Below, piece by piece: positions 56,668 through 64,000 of a DNA stretch of 64,000 nucleotides. Location: contig OY968796.1 of assembly GCA_963695545.1 (NCBI GenBank), forward strand, positions 672,001 through 736,000, in the 5' to 3' direction. The stretch comes from Terriglobia bacterium (GTDB taxonomy: Bacteria > Acidobacteriota > Terriglobia > Acidiferrales > UBA7541). The translations under genes were made by a program, and so were the position numbers. Each line of letters opens with the position of its first letter. Positions within the stretch are counted from its first letter, which is position 1. The notes below the pieces were generated by a model. That model did not search any database, was not told the origin of the DNA, and worked only from the letters and a program-made list of their open reading frames with translations.

Positions 56668-57552
56668 ATGGCCGACGCGAATTGCAAACTGTGCGGCGGA
56701 AGCGGCTGGAAAACGGTGGAGCGCGTGGCAGCCGACGAACCGGCGCAGCGCGTGGCCCTCACCAGCGCTTCGGGCGCGGGAGTGGCGCCGGCGCGATCTC
56801 GCCTGGTGTGGGCGGTGCCGTGCGAATGCGCCGGCAGCGACCGCGCGGCGCGCGTGCTCGAGCGGGCGCGCATTCCGCAGCGCTATGCGCTCTGCGATTT
56901 CGATAATTTTGACACCGATTGGCCCTCGCAATACGACAGCATGCCGGAAGCGACCGCGTGGAATCGCAGCCTTGAGCAGGCGCGGCTGGTCGTCGGAACA
57001 TTTGCGCGAGAATATCCGGCGGGCGATCAAGCGGGCCTGCTGTTGATGGGACCGTGCGGCGTCGGAAAAACGCATTTGGCGGTTGCCGCGCTGCGCCACT
57101 TGGTGCTGCGGGGGCACATCGGCCTTTTCTACGACTACCGCGAACTGCTGAAGGAAATTCAGGGAAGCTACAATTCGGCGAGCCAATCGACGGAGCTCGG
57201 CGTGCTCGAGCCGGTGCTGACCGCCGAAGTGCTGGTGCTCGACGACACCGGCGCCAGCACGCCTTCGCCGTGGGCGCTCGAGACGCTCGGCCACATTTTG
57301 AATACGCGCTACAACCAGCATCGCGTGACCATCCTGACGACCAACTATCCGGATGGACCTGCGCAATTGCCGGCTGCGGCGCGGCGTCGACCGGCCGCCG
57401 GGGCGAGCGCGCCGGCGATGACGGAAGAAACGCTGGGCGACCGGTTAGGGACGCGCATCCGCTCCCGGCTCTATGAAATGTGCCGCACGATCGAAATTAA
57501 CGCTCCGGATTTCCGCCAGGCGAAATTCGCCGCCGGGCGCGCCCGTCCTTAA
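56668..57552 (+). CDS. DnaC/IstB-like AAA+ ATPase with N-terminal Zn motif
   Basis: CKLCGGSG...CEC, IPQRY, Walker A GPCGVGKTHLA, Walker B LVLDD, ILTTNY, RIRSRLYEMC. Confidence 0.85.
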   Translation: MADANCKLCGGSGWKTVERVAADEPAQRVALTSASGAGVAPARSRLVWAVPCECAGSDRAARVLERARIPQRYALCDFDNFDTDWPSQYDSMPEATAWNRSLEQARLVVGTFAREYPAGDQAGLLLMGPCGVGKTHLAVAALRHLVLRGHIGLFYDYRELLKEIQGSYNSASQSTELGVLEPVLTAEVLVLDDTGASTPSPWALETLGHILNTRYNQHRVTILTTNYPDGPAQLPAAARRRPAAGASAPAMTEETLGDRLGTRIRSRLYEMCRTIEINAPDFRQAKFAAGRARP

Positions 57553-57682
57553 ACGACGCTCGGAGATCCCAGTTTCACGCCGCGCTCGAAAAAATGCCCC
57601 CCGTCGCATTCGCGAATCGAGTATTTGAATCGAATTTGAGTTTTTCATCTGAAACTTCGCGGCTCGAGAGCGCGAAGCGCAT

Positions 57683-57710
57683 TTGACTCGCGCGACCGCT
57701 GATGTAAACT
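57683..57710 (+). promoter_or_regulatory. Possible sigma70 promoter of the ACIII operon
   Basis: TTGACT, 16 nt, TAAACT about 100 nt upstream of actA. Confidence 0.4.
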
Positions 57711-57813
57711 TTGTGGGCTCGCCTGATGACCCGGGGGATCGGCGCGACGCTACCAGCACTTCGCCACAGGTTCGGGACTGGAGTTAACGCCCAAGTACGA
57801 ACGGAAAATCTGA

Positions 57814-58473
57814 ATGGCACAGATTTTTCACCGCAGCACGAATACCATATCGCGCCTCACGATCTACTTGAGTCTTGTACTTGCAGGCGTGCTCTTCACC
57901 GTGGGCTCGAGCATCGAGCGCTCGGGCTACGTTACGTCCGCGAACGTGGTCATCGAACAGCCCATTCCCTTCAGTCACAAGCATCACGTCGCGGACGACG
58001 GCATCGATTGCCGGTATTGCCACACCGGAGTTGAAACCTCTTCGTTTGCCGGAATTCCGCCCACCAAGACCTGCATGAATTGCCATTCGCTGCTGTTTAA
58101 CGACAGCCCTTTTCTCGAGCCGGTACGCGAAAGCTATCGCACCGGAACGCCGATCCAATGGAATCGCGTGCACCAGCTCGATCAGTTCGCTTACTTCGAT
58201 CACAGCATTCACATCGCGAAGGGCATCGGTTGTTTCACCTGCCACGGCGCCGTGGATCAGATGCCGCTGGTGCGCCAGGTGGCTTCGCTGCAGATGGAAT
58301 GGTGCATCGACTGCCATCGCCAGCCGGAGAAATATCTACGGCCGAAAGATCAGGTGTTCAATATGTCGTACAAGGCCCCTTCAGATCAGATCGCGCTGGG
58401 GTTGCAGCTAAAGCAGGAATATCACATTCGCGATGCACGGGATTTGACGAGCTGCTCGACGTGCCACCGGTGA
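57814..58473 (+). CDS. actA: Alternative complex III pentaheme cytochrome c subunit
   Basis: One TM, QPIPFSHKHH, five CxxCH (CRYCH, CMNCH, CFTCH, CIDCH, CSTCH). Confidence 0.92.
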   Translation: MAQIFHRSTNTISRLTIYLSLVLAGVLFTVGSSIERSGYVTSANVVIEQPIPFSHKHHVADDGIDCRYCHTGVETSSFAGIPPTKTCMNCHSLLFNDSPFLEPVRESYRTGTPIQWNRVHQLDQFAYFDHSIHIAKGIGCFTCHGAVDQMPLVRQVASLQMEWCIDCHRQPEKYLRPKDQVFNMSYKAPSDQIALGLQLKQEYHIRDARDLTSCSTCHR

Positions 58474-58477
58474 AACC

Positions 58478-61550
<3,073 letters not shown>

Positions 61551-61561
<11 letters not shown>

Positions 61562-62951
61562 GACGCCCGACACGCAGGGCGCCGAAGAATCCCCGGTTCG
61601 CCGGCGCTCGCCGGTGATCCAGCCGGGCTACACGTACGCGTCGGTCACGGACAAGATCGGTTCGATCGTTCTGACGCAGCGATTCGGCGTCGGCTGGTGG
61701 GCGGGATTCCTGTTTACCTTCGCGCTGGTGATGATGCTGATGTACGCCGTCACATATCTGATCGCGAAAGGTGTCGGCATCTGGGGCATCAACATCCCTG
61801 TCGGCTGGGGATTCGCGATCGTGAATTTTGTGTGGTGGATCGGCATCGGCCACGCCGGAACGCTGATCTCCGCCGTGCTGTTGTTGCTGAACCAGAGTTG
61901 GCGCACGTCAATCAACCGCTTCGCCGAGGCCATGACGCTTTTCGCCGTGGCCTGCGCGGGGATGTTCCCGCTGCTGCATATGGGGCGCCCGTGGTTCGGA
62001 TATTGGCTGCTGCCCTATCCCAACGTGATGGGCGTTTGGCCGCAGTTCCGCAGCCCGCTGGTGTGGGACGTTTTTGCGGTTTCGACCTACGGAATAGTTT
62101 CGCTGATTTTCTGGTTCATCGGATTGGTTCCGGACCTTGCGACGCTGCGCGATCGCGCCACCAAGCGCGCGCACAAAATCGTCTACGGCATTCTGGCGAT
62201 GGGCTGGCGCGGGTCGGCAACTCACTGGTACCGCTACGAGACGGCCTACCTGCTGCTTGCTGGTCTCGCGACGCCACTGGTGGTTTCGGTGCACTCGGTG
62301 GTGAGCTTCGATTTCTCTGTGGCGATTCTTCCCGGCTGGCACACCACAATTTTCCCGCCTTACTTTGTGGCCGGCGCCATCTACTCGGGTTTCGCTATGG
62401 TGCTCACGCTCGCAATTCCTCTGCGCGCCGCGTATCACCTGGAAGACTTCATCACCATGCGTCACCTTGAGAACATGGCCATGGTGATGTTGAGCACCGG
62501 GCTGATCGTGGCCTACGGCTACGTGTTCGAGTTTTTCACGTCCTGGTACAGCGATAACCCATACGAGATGTTCGTCGCCGTCAATCGCGCGTTCGGGCCT
62601 TACAGACATTGGTACTGGCTATTGATCTTCTGCAACATCCTGGCGCCGCAACTGCTTTGGTTTTCACGCTTCCGGCGAAATGTGGTCGCTCTGTTCATCA
62701 TGGCGCTGGTCATCAACGTAGGCATGTGGCTTGAGCGATTCATCATCGTGGTCACCAGCCTGCACCGCGACTATCTGCCGTCGTCCTGGGGCATGTACTC
62801 GCCCACGCGATGGGACTGGGCCGTTTTCATAGGCACGATAGGGCTGTTTGTCATGCTGGTGTTTTTGTTCATTCGGTTCCTGCCGATGATTTCCATCTTC
62901 GAAATGCGCGAGCTGGTGGACGAAACCAGCTCGAAGCCGGCGGGTGACTGA
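61551..62951 (+). CDS. actC: Alternative complex III NrfD/PsrC-family quinol-oxidising subunit
   Basis: WWIGIGHAGTLISA, RFAEAMT, SPLVWDVFAV, PPYFVAGAI, GMWLERF. Confidence 0.93.
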
Positions 62952-63493
62952 TGGCGCGACGCCCGCGCATTTACGGATTGCTGGCCGAATTCGAACAGCC
63001 GGAGCAACTTCTGGCCGCGGCCCATCGCGCCCGGGAAGCCGGCTACCGGCGCATGGACGCTTACACGCCGTTCCCGGTTGAAGGACTCGCCGAAGCTCTG
63101 GGCCGCCACCACACGTTCGTGCCGCTGATCACGCTGATTGGGGGAATCGCGGGCGGCTCGGGTGGATTCGCGCTGCAGTATTGGGTTTCGAAGATCGCGT
63201 ACCCGATCAACGTCGGCGGGCGGCCGTTCAACAGCTGGCCGGCGTTCATTCCCGTGACCTTCGAGATGACGATCCTGGGCGCGGCACTCTCCGCGGTGCT
63301 GGGCATGCTCGCGCTCAATGGCCTGCCCATGCCCTACCATCCGTTGTTCAACGAGCCGCGTTTCGCTCTGGCCTCGCGCGATCGCTTCTTCCTGTGCGTC
63401 GAGGCGCGCGATCGCCGCTTCGATCTCGCCGAAACGCGCCGGCTGCTCGAGACTTTGACGCCGCGCGCTGTGATGGAGGTCGACAACCTGTGA
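62951..63493 (+). CDS. actD: Alternative complex III subunit D (DUF3341)
   Basis: DAYTPFPVEG, NVGGRP, PAFIPVTFE; 2 TM segments. Confidence 0.92.
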   Translation: MARRPRIYGLLAEFEQPEQLLAAAHRAREAGYRRMDAYTPFPVEGLAEALGRHHTFVPLITLIGGIAGGSGGFALQYWVSKIAYPINVGGRPFNSWPAFIPVTFEMTILGAALSAVLGMLALNGLPMPYHPLFNEPRFALASRDRFFLCVEARDRRFDLAETRRLLETLTPRAVMEVDNL

Positions 63494-64000
63494 ACCTGCG
63501 CCGCCTCCACGTTCGGTTGCTAGGCACCATGGCTGCGCTTGCGGCGCTCGCGGGATGCCAGCAGCAGATGGCCATCCAGCCGCGCTATCAGCCGTTGTCC
63601 GCGAGCGATTATTTTGCCGACGGCCATTCCGCGCGCCAACCGGTGGATGGCACGCTGGCGCAAGGCCGCGCCGAACTCGACTACCTCTACGTCGCGAAGG
63701 ACGCCACGGCGTTCCCGCTGCCGCTCACCGCTGATCTCGTCGCGCGCGGGCAGCAGCGTTATAACATTTTCTGCGCGCCGTGCCACGGGCTGACCGGCGA
63801 CGGCAATGGCTTCATCACCACGCGCGGCTTCCGGCGCCCGCCGACATTTCACAGCGACCGCTTGCGCGCCGCGCCGGTCGGACATTTCTTCGACGTGATC
63901 ACCAACGGATTCGGCGCCATGTACGATTACTCCGCGCAGATTCCGCCGCGCGATCGCTGGGCCATCATCGCCTATATCCGCGCGCTGCAGTTGAGCCAGA
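63490..64000 (+). CDS. actE: Alternative complex III monoheme cytochrome c lipoprotein (truncated by window end; not in the ORF track)
   Basis: Manual translation from GTG 63490: lipobox LAGC, QPRY, YNIFCAPCHG, ITNGFGAM, DRWAIIAYIRALQ; no stop before 64000. Confidence 0.9.
   Translation, partial: MNLRRLHVRLLGTMAALAALAGCQQQMAIQPRYQPLSASDYFADGHSARQPVDGTLAQGRAELDYLYVAKDATAFPLPLTADLVARGQQRYNIFCAPCHGLTGDGNGFITTRGFRRPPTFHSDRLRAAPVGHFFDVITNGFGAMYDYSAQIPPRDRWAIIAYIRALQLSQ

Noticed and set aside
56611..57552. IS21-family element
   Set aside because: IstB-like ATPase only; no IstA transposase or terminal inverted repeats.

Overview
High-GC bacterial chromosome segment, probably Acidobacteriota (inferred from the cysteine-rich insert in RpoB, several secreted hypothetical proteins I associate with that phylum, and the ACIII cluster). 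Mostly core genome: ispG-gatC-gatA; a tRNA(Thr,Tyr,Thr,Gly)-tuf-rpmG-tRNA-Trp-secE-nusG-rplKAJL-rpoBC cluster on the minus strand; thiL; an M23 peptidase; PBP1A; a dnaK-orfX-dnaJ-hspR operon with HAIR-like operators; and the start of an alternative complex III operon (actA-E, cut by the window end). It also carries signalling genes (two hybrid histidine kinases, HD-GYP, GGDEF-EAL) and envelope genes (porin plus cupredoxin, DUF1800/DUF1501, tandem DsbA plus MauE/DoxX). I see no transposase, integrase, prophage, CRISPR array or rRNA. The best unexplained signals are: (1) the gene-free gap at 32445-33150, with a near-consensus sigma70 promoter, a direct-repeat-flanked hairpin insert and four degenerate 25-bp IHF-like units; (2) an unknown protein in the grpE position of the dnaK operon; (3) a coupled sensor kinase-porin-cupredoxin module; (4) a 30-bp nested rod hairpin upstream of a small HTH-like gene; (5) a degenerate TPP-riboswitch-like element before thiL. 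All calls come from motif recognition by eye; no searches were run.
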